A DNA stretch of 64,000 nucleotides from an uncultured Chloroflexia bacterium (GCA_963829155.1 CAWHIA010000006.1:107812-171811), one strand, 5' to 3'. Positions 48,398 to 57,346 are shown, counted from the stretch's first letter. Translations and numbers: made by a program. Notes: a model not told the origin generated them from the sequence alone.

Positions 48398-49095
48398 CGC
48401 GGCGCCTGTCCATCGACTGGCCCGACGCGCGCCCGTTCGCCGGCCGCGAGGGTCGCCCGATCCGCATCCTGGCGGCGTCCGACGAGCCCGACCGCGCGCT
48501 CGAAGGGTCGATCAACCGCGACGCGCTCGGGCCGATCGACCTGGTCATCGGCTGCGGCGACCTGTCGCCCGACTGGCTGTGCTTCCTCGGCGATGCCTTC
48601 CGGGCGCCGCTGGTCTACGTGCGCGGCAACCACGACCGCCAGGGGCCGTGGCCGACGCCGGACGACCTGCCGCCGCCCGCGGCCGGCGCCGAGGACCGCG
48701 TGCTCGATGGCCTCCCGGTGGTCGCGTTGCCCTGGCCCAGCTTCCGCAAGGACGCGGCGCCGCGCGATGAGAAGGATGCCTGGCTGCAGGTCACGCGGCT
48801 CGCGCCGGGACTCGCGCTGCATCGGCGGCCGCCGGTCCTCGTGGTCAGCCACGCCCCGCCGCGCGACGCCGGCGACACGCCGACCGATGCGTACCACGTG
48901 GGATTCGCCGGGTACCGGGTCATCGCTGATCGCCTTCGGCCGCCGCTGTGGCTCCACGGCCACACCAACCCGGCGGCCCAGGCGGACTGGCGGACCACGA
49001 TAGGACCGACCACGGTCGTCAACGTGACCGGTTCCGTGTTGGTGGAACTACGGCCTCCCGGCGGCGCGTCGGAGGAGGCCCGCGGGATCGGCTGA
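48394..49095 (+). CDS. Calcineurin-like metallophosphoesterase
   Basis: 'ILAASD', 'GCGDL', 'VRGNHD', 'VSHAPP', 'LHGHTN'; ATGA overlap. Confidence 0.9.
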   Translation: MTRRLSIDWPDARPFAGREGRPIRILAASDEPDRALEGSINRDALGPIDLVIGCGDLSPDWLCFLGDAFRAPLVYVRGNHDRQGPWPTPDDLPPPAAGAEDRVLDGLPVVALPWPSFRKDAAPRDEKDAWLQVTRLAPGLALHRRPPVLVVSHAPPRDAGDTPTDAYHVGFAGYRVIADRLRPPLWLHGHTNPAAQADWRTTIGPTTVVNVTGSVLVELRPPGGASEEARGIG

Positions 49096-49150
49096 CCGAG
49101 GGATCGATGGCGGGCGAACGCGTCCAGTTCAGGGGTCGAGTCCGGCGCGC

Positions 49151-50902
49151 CTAGGACGCCTCGGCGACCCGATCGTGCCGCGCCGTACTCACGGTCGATC
49201 CCTCGGCCCTCGGAGTGGCCTCGGCGGCGATCGCTCGGACCTCGGCAACGGACGAGGCCGCTAGTGCGCGGACGGCGAGCTCACGGCACTGCGCCAGATC
49301 CAGCTCGGTCATCCTTGCGCGCGCGTTCGGGATCGATGCGGGCGCAACGCTCAGCTCCTCGACCCCCAAGCCGATCAGGAGCGGCATGAGGACGGGATCG
49401 GCGGCGGCCTCGCCGCAGACCGCGACATGGCGGCCATTCGCAAGAGCCGCGCGAACCACCAGGTCGATGAGCCGCAGGATCGACGGCTGGGCGGCCGTCG
49501 CCAGGTCCGCGAGCTCCGGGTTGGTCCGATCCGCCGCGAGCGCGTACTGCACGAGGTCGTTGGTCCCGATCGAGAAGAAGTCGGCGGAGCCGGCCAGGAC
49601 GTCGGCCATGATGGCCGCGGACGGGACTTCGATCATGATCCCCAGGGCGACCCGGGTCGGGACGGGCCGTCCGTGCGCGACCAGATCGGCCTGCACGAGC
49701 TCGAGCCGCTCGCGGGCCTGGTCGAGCTCCTCGCGCGTCGCGACCATCGGCAGCATCACCCGCAGCTCGTCGCCGCCCGCGGCTTCGAGAAGGGAGGTGA
49801 GCTGGTCGTCCAGCAGGGCGGTCCGTCGCAGGCCCAACCGGATCCCGCGAACGCCGAGCGCCGGATTGGCCTCGGACCCGGGCTGCCAGGCGGCGGGCTT
49901 GTCGCCGCCGACGTCGAGGGTGCGGAACACGATGGGCCGGCCGGGCATGGCGGCACGGATCCGGCGATAGGCCGCCCGCTGTTCGGCGATCGTGGGAGGC
50001 GTATGGCGGCCGAGGAACAGCAGCTCGGTCCGCACCAGTCCGATGCCGTCGGCTCCGGCGAGCGCCGCGGCCTCCGCCTCGTGCGCCGACCCGACGTTGG
50101 CCACGAGGGCGACGGCCAGCGGCCGGTCGCCGGCCTGGACGACCGGTGGGACGGGCCGCGGCGTCGCCCGTAGGGCGGCGAGCTCTTCGGCGCTCGGCGA
50201 GATCAGGAGGCGACCGGTCGAGCCGTCGACGGCGCCATCCGTGCCGCCGACGAGGTCGTCGATTGCGCGACCCAGACCGAGCACGAGCGGGATGCCGAGC
50301 GCGCGGGCGACGATCGCGGCGTGCCCGGTCGGCGCGCCGCCCGCGAGCGCGATGCCGCCGACCAGCTCCCGCCGCAGCGTGGCCACGGCCGATGGGTCCA
50401 GGTCGCCGGCGAGCACGATGGCCGGATAGCCGTCGCGGTGCCATAGCTCGGGCGGTGACTCGCCCCGCAGGAGCGCAGCGACGCGTCGACCCACGTCGCG
50501 CACGTCCGCGGCCCGCTCCCGGAAGTAGTCATCGTCGACGGACGCAAGCCGCTCAGCCTGCACGTCTGTCGCGCGCAGGATCGCCTCGTCCGCTGCCAGG
50601 CCCTCGTCTACCAGCGCCAGCGCGGGATCGACGATCCCCGGATCGCGTGCGAACAGGGCCTGCGCCTCGAAGATCGAGCCGACCTCCTCGCCGACCCGCT
50701 CGGACAGCTGATCGGCGAGCGCCGCCAGCTCCGACGCCGCGCTGCTGAGGGCACGCGTGAGGCGGTCGCGTTCGCCGCCTGGGGTGGCCACGGCACCGGC
50801 ATCGGAGGCGCTTGTGGTCGGGTCGGCGGTCCGAACGCGCAGCAGCCTGCCCGTGCCGACGCCGGGCGAGCCGGCGCGCCCGATCAGGATCGCCTGCGCC
50901 AT
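49151..50902 (-). CDS. ptsI: PEP:protein phosphotransferase (PTS enzyme I)
   Basis: 'GGAPTGHAAIVARALGIP', 'GIGLVRTE', 'RTLDVGGDK', 'NPALGVRGIR', 'MIEVP', 'SIGTNDLVQY', 'CGE'. Confidence 0.95.
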   Translation of the reverse strand: MAQAILIGRAGSPGVGTGRLLRVRTADPTTSASDAGAVATPGGERDRLTRALSSAASELAALADQLSERVGEEVGSIFEAQALFARDPGIVDPALALVDEGLAADEAILRATDVQAERLASVDDDYFRERAADVRDVGRRVAALLRGESPPELWHRDGYPAIVLAGDLDPSAVATLRRELVGGIALAGGAPTGHAAIVARALGIPLVLGLGRAIDDLVGGTDGAVDGSTGRLLISPSAEELAALRATPRPVPPVVQAGDRPLAVALVANVGSAHEAEAAALAGADGIGLVRTELLFLGRHTPPTIAEQRAAYRRIRAAMPGRPIVFRTLDVGGDKPAAWQPGSEANPALGVRGIRLGLRRTALLDDQLTSLLEAAGGDELRVMLPMVATREELDQARERLELVQADLVAHGRPVPTRVALGIMIEVPSAAIMADVLAGSADFFSIGTNDLVQYALAADRTNPELADLATAAQPSILRLIDLVVRAALANGRHVAVCGEAAADPVLMPLLIGLGVEELSVAPASIPNARARMTELDLAQCRELAVRALAASSVAEVRAIAAEATPRAEGSTVSTARHDRVAEAS

Positions 50903-50912
50903 CGTGGTCCCC

Positions 50913-51560
50913 TCAGGCGCTCGCGGCGTCCGCGAGCGCTCGGAGGAGGAGCGCCGACGACGTCGCGCCCGGATCCTGGTGTCCGATGGACCGCTCACCG
51001 AGGTAGGACGCGCGCCCCTTGGTCGCGAGCATCGGGATCGTTGCGGCCACGCCCGCCGCTGCGGCATCGGCCATCGCCAAGGACACCGCGGCGGCGTCGG
51101 CGCCCAATGCGGCGGCCTCGCGGCCGGCGGTCACGGCGGGGACGAGCGCATCGAGCATCGTCTTCTCGCCGGTGGTGGCCTTGCCGAGCGACTCGATGCC
51201 GCCGATCGCCGCCTCCAGCGCGACGACGAGCACGCCGGCCGCGGCCTGGGCCGGGTCGGCCGCGGCCACCGCTCCCGACGCTCGCAGGAACGCCGTGCCA
51301 TAGAGCGGCCCCGAGGCGCCGCCAACCGTGCTGATGAGGGTCCGGCCCGTCACTCGGAGGATGGCCCCGGCCACCGCGTACTCGCCGTCGCCCTCGGCCC
51401 GGTCACCATCGAGCGTGGCCGCCACCTTCGTGAACCCGCGGTCCATGTTGGTGCCATGGTCGCCATCGCCGATCGCCTGGTCGAGCGCGGTGAGGGTCGC
51501 TGCCTGCTCGTGCAGGCGCGTGGCGGCGAGGCGCAACCAGGCCTCGATGACGTCGATCAT
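50913..51560 (-). CDS. dhaL: Dihydroxyacetone kinase ADP-binding subunit
   Basis: 'LDQAIGDGDHGTNM', 'GGASGPLYG', 'KTMLDAL', 'KGRASYLGERSIGHQDPGATS'. Confidence 0.95.
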   Translation of the reverse strand: MIDVIEAWLRLAATRLHEQAATLTALDQAIGDGDHGTNMDRGFTKVAATLDGDRAEGDGEYAVAGAILRVTGRTLISTVGGASGPLYGTAFLRASGAVAAADPAQAAAGVLVVALEAAIGGIESLGKATTGEKTMLDALVPAVTAGREAAALGADAAAVSLAMADAAAAGVAATIPMLATKGRASYLGERSIGHQDPGATSSALLLRALADAASA

Positions 51561-51697
51561 GGATCCGCTCCTCGACTCGCCAGGCGTCGAGCCGCGCCGG
51601 AGGATCAGGCTGCGGCTCGGGCGCGGTGACGAGTCTAGGGGGTGGTTGCCGCGCCCGAGGGAGCTGGGCGCGGCGGCCATCCCTGTGGTTCCCGCGC

Positions 51698-52720
51698 TCA
51701 GACGCCCCAGCGGAGCGCCGGCGTGTGGACCGGTGCGTCCCACAGGCGGATCAGCTCATCGTCGAGCCGGAGCAGCGTGACCGAGAAGCCGGCCATCTCG
51801 AGGCTCGTGATGTAGTTGCCGACCAGGGACCGACCGATCGAGATGCCCTTGCCGCCCAGGATCTTGGCCACGCTGTTGTAGGCGACGTAGAGCTCGATCA
51901 ATGGGCTGCCGCCCATGCCGTTGACGAAGGCGAGGACGTTGTCGCCCCTCGTCAGGCCAAGATCCGAGACGATGGGGCCCACCAGCCACTCCGCCATGTC
52001 GTCGACCGGCGCGAGCTTCTCCCGCCGCCGGCCGGGCTCGCCATGGATGCCGATGCCGACCTCCACCTCATCGTCCGGGAGGTCGAAGGTCGGGGTCCCG
52101 GCGGCCGGCACCACGCACGAGGTCAGGGCGAGGCCCATCGACCGGCCCTGCGCGTTCACCCTGGTCGCCGTCGCGGCCACCTCGACGAGCGAGCCGCCCG
52201 CCTCCGCGTGCGCGCCGGCGATCTTCTCCAACAGCACGGTGACGCCGACGCCGCGCCGGCCGGCCGTGTAGAGCGAGTCCTTGACGGCGACGTCGTCGTT
52301 GGTGACGACCGTCGCAACCTCGATCTCGCCCTGGACGAGCTCGGCCGCGAGCTGGAAGTTCAGCACGTCACCCGTGTAGTTCTTGACGATGTGCAGCACG
52401 CCTGCACCGCCGTCGACGGCACGGGTCGCGGCCTCCATCTGATCCGGCACGGGTGACGTGAACACGTTGCCCGCTGCGGCCGCATCGAGCATGCCAAGGC
52501 CCACGAACCCGCCGTGGAGCGGCTCGTGGCCCGAGCCGCCGCCCGACACGAGGCCGACCTTGCCCGGCTTCGGGCCGCCAGCCCGCAGGACGAGGTTCTG
52601 TGCCGTGTCGATCGTGACGAGGTCAGGATGGGCCGCCTGGAGGCCCGCCAGGCTCTCGGGAACGATGTCGTCGACGTCGTTGATGAGCTTCTTCACTCGG
52701 CTGGGCGCAGTCGTCGCCAT
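51698..52720 (-). CDS. dhaK: Dihydroxyacetone kinase DHA-binding subunit
   Basis: 'KKLIND', 'SGGGSGHEP', 'VKNYTGD', 'GRRGV', 'GIGIHGEPG', 'TSLEM'. Confidence 0.97.
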   Translation of the reverse strand: MATTAPSRVKKLINDVDDIVPESLAGLQAAHPDLVTIDTAQNLVLRAGGPKPGKVGLVSGGGSGHEPLHGGFVGLGMLDAAAAGNVFTSPVPDQMEAATRAVDGGAGVLHIVKNYTGDVLNFQLAAELVQGEIEVATVVTNDDVAVKDSLYTAGRRGVGVTVLLEKIAGAHAEAGGSLVEVAATATRVNAQGRSMGLALTSCVVPAAGTPTFDLPDDEVEVGIGIHGEPGRRREKLAPVDDMAEWLVGPIVSDLGLTRGDNVLAFVNGMGGSPLIELYVAYNSVAKILGGKGISIGRSLVGNYITSLEMAGFSVTLLRLDDELIRLWDAPVHTPALRWGV

Positions 52721-52772
52721 GAGGATCTCCTTTGGGTGGTCGGTGACGGTGGGATCAGCGGCCGGTCGGCGC

Positions 52773-53558
52773 CTAGGCGTCGGCGCCGGCGGTGTCGCGG
52801 ACGGAGGACGGCGCAGGGGCCGTTTCCTTGGCCTCGCGCCCGATGAACTCGTACAGGAAGGCGCCGATCACGCCGCCGATCGTCGAGCCGAAGATGTAGA
52901 CGACGATGAGCTGATCGACCGGGACGGGCGCCGCGCCGATGGCCTGGCCGAGGATGGCGGGCGCGAGCTCGCGGGCCGGGTTCAGCGAGGCGCCGGTGAT
53001 CGGGCCGACGAGGATGATGATCCCGTAGACGATGAACCCGATGATCAAGCCTGCGAAGCCCGACGGCGCCTTGCCCGAGACGGCGGCGCCGAAGACCGTG
53101 AACACGAGGATGGCGGTCCCGATCACCTCGGCCGCGAAGCCGATCGCCAGGCCGGCCTTGGCGTTGACAGAGACCGCGCCGAGGCCCAGGGCGGCAGGGT
53201 CGTTGCCCTGCAGGATGATCAGGGTCAGGGCGGCGCCCAGAAACGCGCCGACCAGCTGGGCGCCGATGTAGCCGCCCGCGGTCCGCGGGTCGATCTTGCG
53301 GGTCGCGAGCAGGGAGATCGTCACGGCCGGGTTGATGTGGCAGCCGCTGATGTGACCGATCGAGTACACAGCGGCGAAGATCGCGAATGCGAACGAGAAC
53401 GAGATCGTCGACAGGCCGGCCGTCCCGGCGATGCCGGTGCCCCCCGCGCCCGCGGTCAGGAACACCGTCAGCGGGACGGAGCCCGCGCCGATGAAGACGA
53501 GGATGGCGGTGCCGAAGGCCTCGGCTGTCAGCTTCTGCGCCATGGTCGGGGTCGACAT
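52773..53558 (-). CDS. MIP family channel (aquaglyceroporin-like), probable DHA/glycerol facilitator
   Basis: Two NPA motifs ('GCHINPAVT', 'GASLNPAR'); six TM helices; located within the dha operon. Confidence 0.92.
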   Translation of the reverse strand: MSTPTMAQKLTAEAFGTAILVFIGAGSVPLTVFLTAGAGGTGIAGTAGLSTISFSFAFAIFAAVYSIGHISGCHINPAVTISLLATRKIDPRTAGGYIGAQLVGAFLGAALTLIILQGNDPAALGLGAVSVNAKAGLAIGFAAEVIGTAILVFTVFGAAVSGKAPSGFAGLIIGFIVYGIIILVGPITGASLNPARELAPAILGQAIGAAPVPVDQLIVVYIFGSTIGGVIGAFLYEFIGREAKETAPAPSSVRDTAGADA

Positions 53559-53592
53559 TTGGGATCCTCCGTTGTTCGTGGGTCGGGCCGGT

Positions 53593-53868
53593 TCAGCCGG
53601 CCGGGCTGACATAGGGGGCGAGCTCCGCTGCGAGCGCCGCGACCGCCTCGTCCGCGTCGGGCCCATCGGCGGCGAGTGTGATCTCGGACGACGGGCGGAT
53701 CGTCAGGCCGAGGAGGGCGATGAGGCTCTTGGCGTCGGCCTCTCGGCCGTTCTCGCGGATCACGATGCGGCTCGAGAACCGGCTCGCGGCCTGGACGAAC
53801 CGGGCCGCCGGCCGGGCATGGAGCCCGGACGGGTCGATGACCAGGAGCTGGATCTCGGCCACGGTCAC
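53593..53868 (-). CDS. ptsH: HPr phosphocarrier
   Basis: 'GLHARPA', 'ADAKSLIALLGL'. Confidence 0.93.
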   Translation of the reverse strand: MTVAEIQLLVIDPSGLHARPAARFVQAASRFSSRIVIRENGREADAKSLIALLGLTIRPSSEITLAADGPDADEAVAALAAELAPYVSPAG

Positions 53869-54272
53869 GCCCGCGGCAGCTTGGGCATCGTCGCGGCGCC
53901 CTCCGCCGCGGCGACAACGTCATCGATGGCGGCGCCGACGCTCGCCTGGACCGCGGCCAGGACCGCACCTTCGACAAGCGGCGCCTCGCTGATCCGGAGC
54001 CGGGCCCGGTCGGCCGGGTCTAGCTCCTCGGTCGCGAGCTCGAGGCTGAGCGCCGCGCTGCCCAGATCGAGGAGCACGAGCACCTCGCTCGCTCCGGCAT
54101 CGAGCGCGGACCGGAGCGCGGCGGCGATTCGCGGCGCGCTCGTCCCGAGGCGCCCGTCGTCCGTCCCTCCAGCCGTAGCGATCGGGATCTCCTCGCCGGC
54201 GACCTGGGCGACCATGTCGCGCAGGCCCTCGACGAGGGTGGCGCTGTGGGACACCAGGACCAGGCCCACCAA
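53865..54272 (-). CDS. dhaM: Dihydroxyacetone kinase phosphoryl-donor subunit (stand-alone EIIA-mannose-like)
   Basis: 'GLVLVSHS', 'AGGTDDGRLGTS', 'DLGSAAL', 'EAPLVEGAV'. Confidence 0.93.
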   Translation of the reverse strand: MVGLVLVSHSATLVEGLRDMVAQVAGEEIPIATAGGTDDGRLGTSAPRIAAALRSALDAGASEVLVLLDLGSAALSLELATEELDPADRARLRISEAPLVEGAVLAAVQASVGAAIDDVVAAAEGAATMPKLPRA

Positions 54273-54333
54273 CCGCTCCTCCTTTCACTGTCCCCGTCCG
54301 TCGGGTTGACCGCGATGCTCCGCCCGGACTCGT

Positions 54334-54360
54334 CAAGAACCAAGCAAGAGCTCGACAAGA
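54334..54360. promoter_or_regulatory. Three CAAGA direct repeats with 11-bp period; candidate OmpR/PhoB-type binding site
   Basis: CAAGA at 54334, 54345 and 54356, between the dha operon and the divergent two-component operon. Confidence 0.6.
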
Positions 54361-54407
54361 CGCGGGTAAAAGGGATGCGAAGCGGGCGCACCGCCGACCC
54401 TGGACCG

Positions 54408-54437
54408 TTGCCGGACGGTGGCGCGCACTTCTACACT
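54408..54437 (+). promoter_or_regulatory. Candidate sigma70 promoter for a leaderless dhaL2-HK-RR transcript
   Basis: TTGCCG-N18-TACACT, 9 nt before the GTG at 54447; no SD sequence. Confidence 0.5.
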
Positions 54438-54446
54438 CGCGCGACT

Positions 54447-55112
54447 GTGACAGCGCCTTCGCCCGTTCCCGCCGTTCCGTCGGACGTGATCGTCGACGCC
54501 GCGACGGTCCGGGCTGCGCTCGGGCGCTGCAGCCGGATCGTCGAGCGCCACGCCGCGTACCTCACCCGGCTCGACGTCGTGCTCGGCGACGGAGATCACG
54601 GCGACAACCTCATGATCGGCTTCCGCGCGGTCGACCGGCTGCTGGCGGAGCTGCCGGCCGAGACGCCGCCGGGCGAGCTGCTGCGCGCCGTCGGCCATCG
54701 TCTGGTCGCGACAGTGGGCGGGGCATCCGGGCCCCTGTACGGGACGGCGTTCCTGGAGGCCGGCGCCACGATCGGCGACGCCCCATCGGTCGGAGCCCGC
54801 GAGCTCGCGGCGATGCTCGGTGCGGCCGCCGCCGGCGTGGCCCGGCGGGGACGGTGCGCGGTCGGCGACAAGACGATCCTGGACGCCCTGGCCCCGGCGG
54901 CCGAAGCCCTCGAGCGCGAGCTCCGCCTCGGAGGTGGTCCCGGGGCGGCTTACGCAACGGCGCTCCGGGCCGCGGCGCATGGCATGCGTTCCACGCGCCC
55001 GCTCATCGCTCGTCGGGGCCTCGCGATGCGCCTCGGTGACCGGGCGATCGGTCATCTCGATCCTGGCGCCGTCTCCTGCCTCCTGTTGTTGCGCGCCGTG
55101 GGCGGTGGCTGA
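54447..55112 (+). CDS. DhaL-like (DAK2 domain) paralogue with a degenerate GRASY motif
   Basis: 'LDVVLGDGDHGDNL', 'GGASGPLYG', 'KTILDAL', but 'RGLAMRLGDRAIGHLDPGA'. Confidence 0.88.
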   Translation: MTAPSPVPAVPSDVIVDAATVRAALGRCSRIVERHAAYLTRLDVVLGDGDHGDNLMIGFRAVDRLLAELPAETPPGELLRAVGHRLVATVGGASGPLYGTAFLEAGATIGDAPSVGARELAAMLGAAAAGVARRGRCAVGDKTILDALAPAAEALERELRLGGGPGAAYATALRAAAHGMRSTRPLIARRGLAMRLGDRAIGHLDPGAVSCLLLLRAVGGG

Positions 55113-56637
55113 CGCCCCCGTGACCGATCGCGAGGCGCTGCTGGCACGGGTCGACGCGCTTGAGCGCGAGCGTCGCCGCTCGTTCGACGAGGCCCAGCGC
55201 GAAGCCGACGCGTTGTTCGCGCAGTACCAGCTGAGCCAGCTCATCGCGTCGGGCGGGCGCCTCGCCGATCTCGCCGCGGCCGTGCTGTCCGAGCTCGTCC
55301 GGTTGGCCGAAGCCGCCGCCGGAGCGCTGTGGCTCGGCGCGCCCGATGGCGACCGGCTGGACTGCGTCGCCGCCGTGGGCTCCGCGACCACCGGCGGACG
55401 TGCCCTGGTGCTCTCCGATGAGCCGCCGCAGACCGTGCTGGTCGTGTGGCCGATCGAGGACCGCGTCCTCGACGAGGACGGCCTCCGGGTTGCCCAGCTC
55501 GCGCGCCATGAGCTCGCGGTCGCCTTCGCCGGGGCGCGCCTGCGGGAAGCGCTCGAGCAGGAGCGACACGAGCTGGAGGCCATCGTCGACGGTGCGACCG
55601 ATCTGATCGTCCAGGTGGACGCAGACGGCCTGGTGGTGCGGCTGAACCCGGCCGGCGAGCGACTCCTGGGGACCTCAGCGGCGGCGGCCGTCGGTCGGAC
55701 GTGTGCCGATGTGCTCGGCTGCGAGGTCGCCGGAGCGCACGCGCCACGCGCCTGCCCGCTGGCGGAGGTACGCCTGAGCGGCGTCCCCATCGCCTACCGC
55801 GAGGCGTCGGTCGTCGGCGCCGACGGGCATCCGCTACGGGTCGCCGGCAGCTACGCGGCGGCGCCGGGTGGCGTGACCGCCAGGGCGACCGCGATATTGC
55901 GCGACATGAGCGCGGTCCGAGCGCTCGAGGAGCTCCGCGAAGGGTTCGTGGCCACGGTCAGCCACGAGCTGCGGACGCCGCTGGCCCTGATCCGCGGCTA
56001 CGCGGAAACGCTGCTCCACTTCGACCTCGACTCGGGCGAGCAGCGGGCGTACGTCGAGCGCATCGACGAGGCGTCACGCCGTCTCGCATCGCTCGTCGAC
56101 CAGGTGCTGGACGTCACCCACCTCCAGGCCGATCCACTGATCCTGGACCGTTCGACGACAACGTTCGCGGCGCTCGTCGCGCGCCTGCGCGGTGACCTCG
56201 CGATCTCCGGCGGCGCAGATCGCCTCGTGCAGTCGGCGCCGGCCGACCTGCCGCCCGTGGACGTCGACGTCGCGCGGGTCGGGCAGATCCTGACGAACCT
56301 CGTCGGCAACGCGCTCAAATACGCGCCGGACGGCTCGCCGGTCGTCGTCAGCGCCGAGACCGACGGACCGTGGCTCGTCGTGGCGGTCGTCGACGAAGGC
56401 GTCGGCGTCCCCGAGGACGATCGCCCGTTGGTGACCGAGCCGTTCCACCGAGCCTGGAACGTCCGGGAGTCGCGGATCCCCGGGACGGGCCTCGGCCTGT
56501 TCATCTGCCGGCGCCTGGTCGAGGCGCACGGCGGTCACCTGTCGCTGGGCGACCGGCTCGATGGCCGACCGGGGACACGGGTGACCTTCACGATTCCCCT
56601 GGCAACCGACCCGGTCGGAGCGCCGGCGGGTGGCTGA
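55105..56637 (+). CDS. Cytoplasmic sensor histidine kinase (coiled coil, GAF-like, PAS, HisKA, HATPase)
   Basis: 'VSHELRTPL', 'NLVGNALKY', 'DEGVGV', 'GTGLGL'; no TM segment; 8-bp GTGGCTGA overlap with dhaL2. Confidence 0.92.
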   Translation: MADAPVTDREALLARVDALERERRRSFDEAQREADALFAQYQLSQLIASGGRLADLAAAVLSELVRLAEAAAGALWLGAPDGDRLDCVAAVGSATTGGRALVLSDEPPQTVLVVWPIEDRVLDEDGLRVAQLARHELAVAFAGARLREALEQERHELEAIVDGATDLIVQVDADGLVVRLNPAGERLLGTSAAAAVGRTCADVLGCEVAGAHAPRACPLAEVRLSGVPIAYREASVVGADGHPLRVAGSYAAAPGGVTARATAILRDMSAVRALEELREGFVATVSHELRTPLALIRGYAETLLHFDLDSGEQRAYVERIDEASRRLASLVDQVLDVTHLQADPLILDRSTTTFAALVARLRGDLAISGGADRLVQSAPADLPPVDVDVARVGQILTNLVGNALKYAPDGSPVVVSAETDGPWLVVAVVDEGVGVPEDDRPLVTEPFHRAWNVRESRIPGTGLGLFICRRLVEAHGGHLSLGDRLDGRPGTRVTFTIPLATDPVGAPAGG

Positions 56638-57346
56638 GTCGATCCTGATCGTCGAGGACGAGCCGGAATTCGCCGCGCTCGTGGAGCTGTGGATGATCCG
56701 TGCCGGCTACCGGGTCGTGACCGCCCGGACCGGCCCTGATGGGCTGCGCCGCTTCTATGACGAGCGACCCGACCTCGTGATCCTCGACGTCGCGGTCCCC
56801 GGCCTCGATGGCTGGCAGCTCATCGAGCGCTTCCGGGAGTTCAGCCGGGTACCGATCCTCATGGTGACCGCGCACGGTTCGGAGGCCGAGAAGGTGCGCG
56901 GCCTGAAGCTCGGGGCCGACGACTACATCACCAAGCCGCTCAGCCTGCCCGAGCTGACCGCCCGCGTGGAGGCGGCCCTGCGACGCGCCGCGACGAGCGC
57001 TCCCGAGCGGCCGCGGCGGCTGCGGCATCGCGACCTGGTCGTCGATCTCGACGAGCACCAGGCCCACCTGCGGGGCACCGAGGTTCGCCTGACGCCGACG
57101 GAGTTCAGGCTCCTCGCCTACCTGGTGGAGCATGCCGGCCAGCTCGCGACACACCGTCAGATCCTGGGCGCGGTGTGGGGCGCCGGGTACGACCGCGACG
57201 TCCACCTGCTGCGGATGACGATCCGCAACCTCCGGCTCCGCCTGGACGTGGCGGCTCCCGGAGAGTCGGTCATCACCACCGAGTACGGGCTGGGCTACAG
57301 GCTCACCGGCCCGTCCGAGTCCCGCGACGGCCCGCCGGTCAGCTGA
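56630..57346 (+). CDS. OmpR/PhoB-family response regulator
   Basis: 'ILIVEDE', 'DLVILDV', 'GADDYITKP', winged helix 'LTPTEFRLL...VWG...LRLRL...TEYGLGY'. Confidence 0.95.
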   Translation: MAESILIVEDEPEFAALVELWMIRAGYRVVTARTGPDGLRRFYDERPDLVILDVAVPGLDGWQLIERFREFSRVPILMVTAHGSEAEKVRGLKLGADDYITKPLSLPELTARVEAALRRAATSAPERPRRLRHRDLVVDLDEHQAHLRGTEVRLTPTEFRLLAYLVEHAGQLATHRQILGAVWGAGYDRDVHLLRMTIRNLRLRLDVAAPGESVITTEYGLGYRLTGPSESRDGPPVS

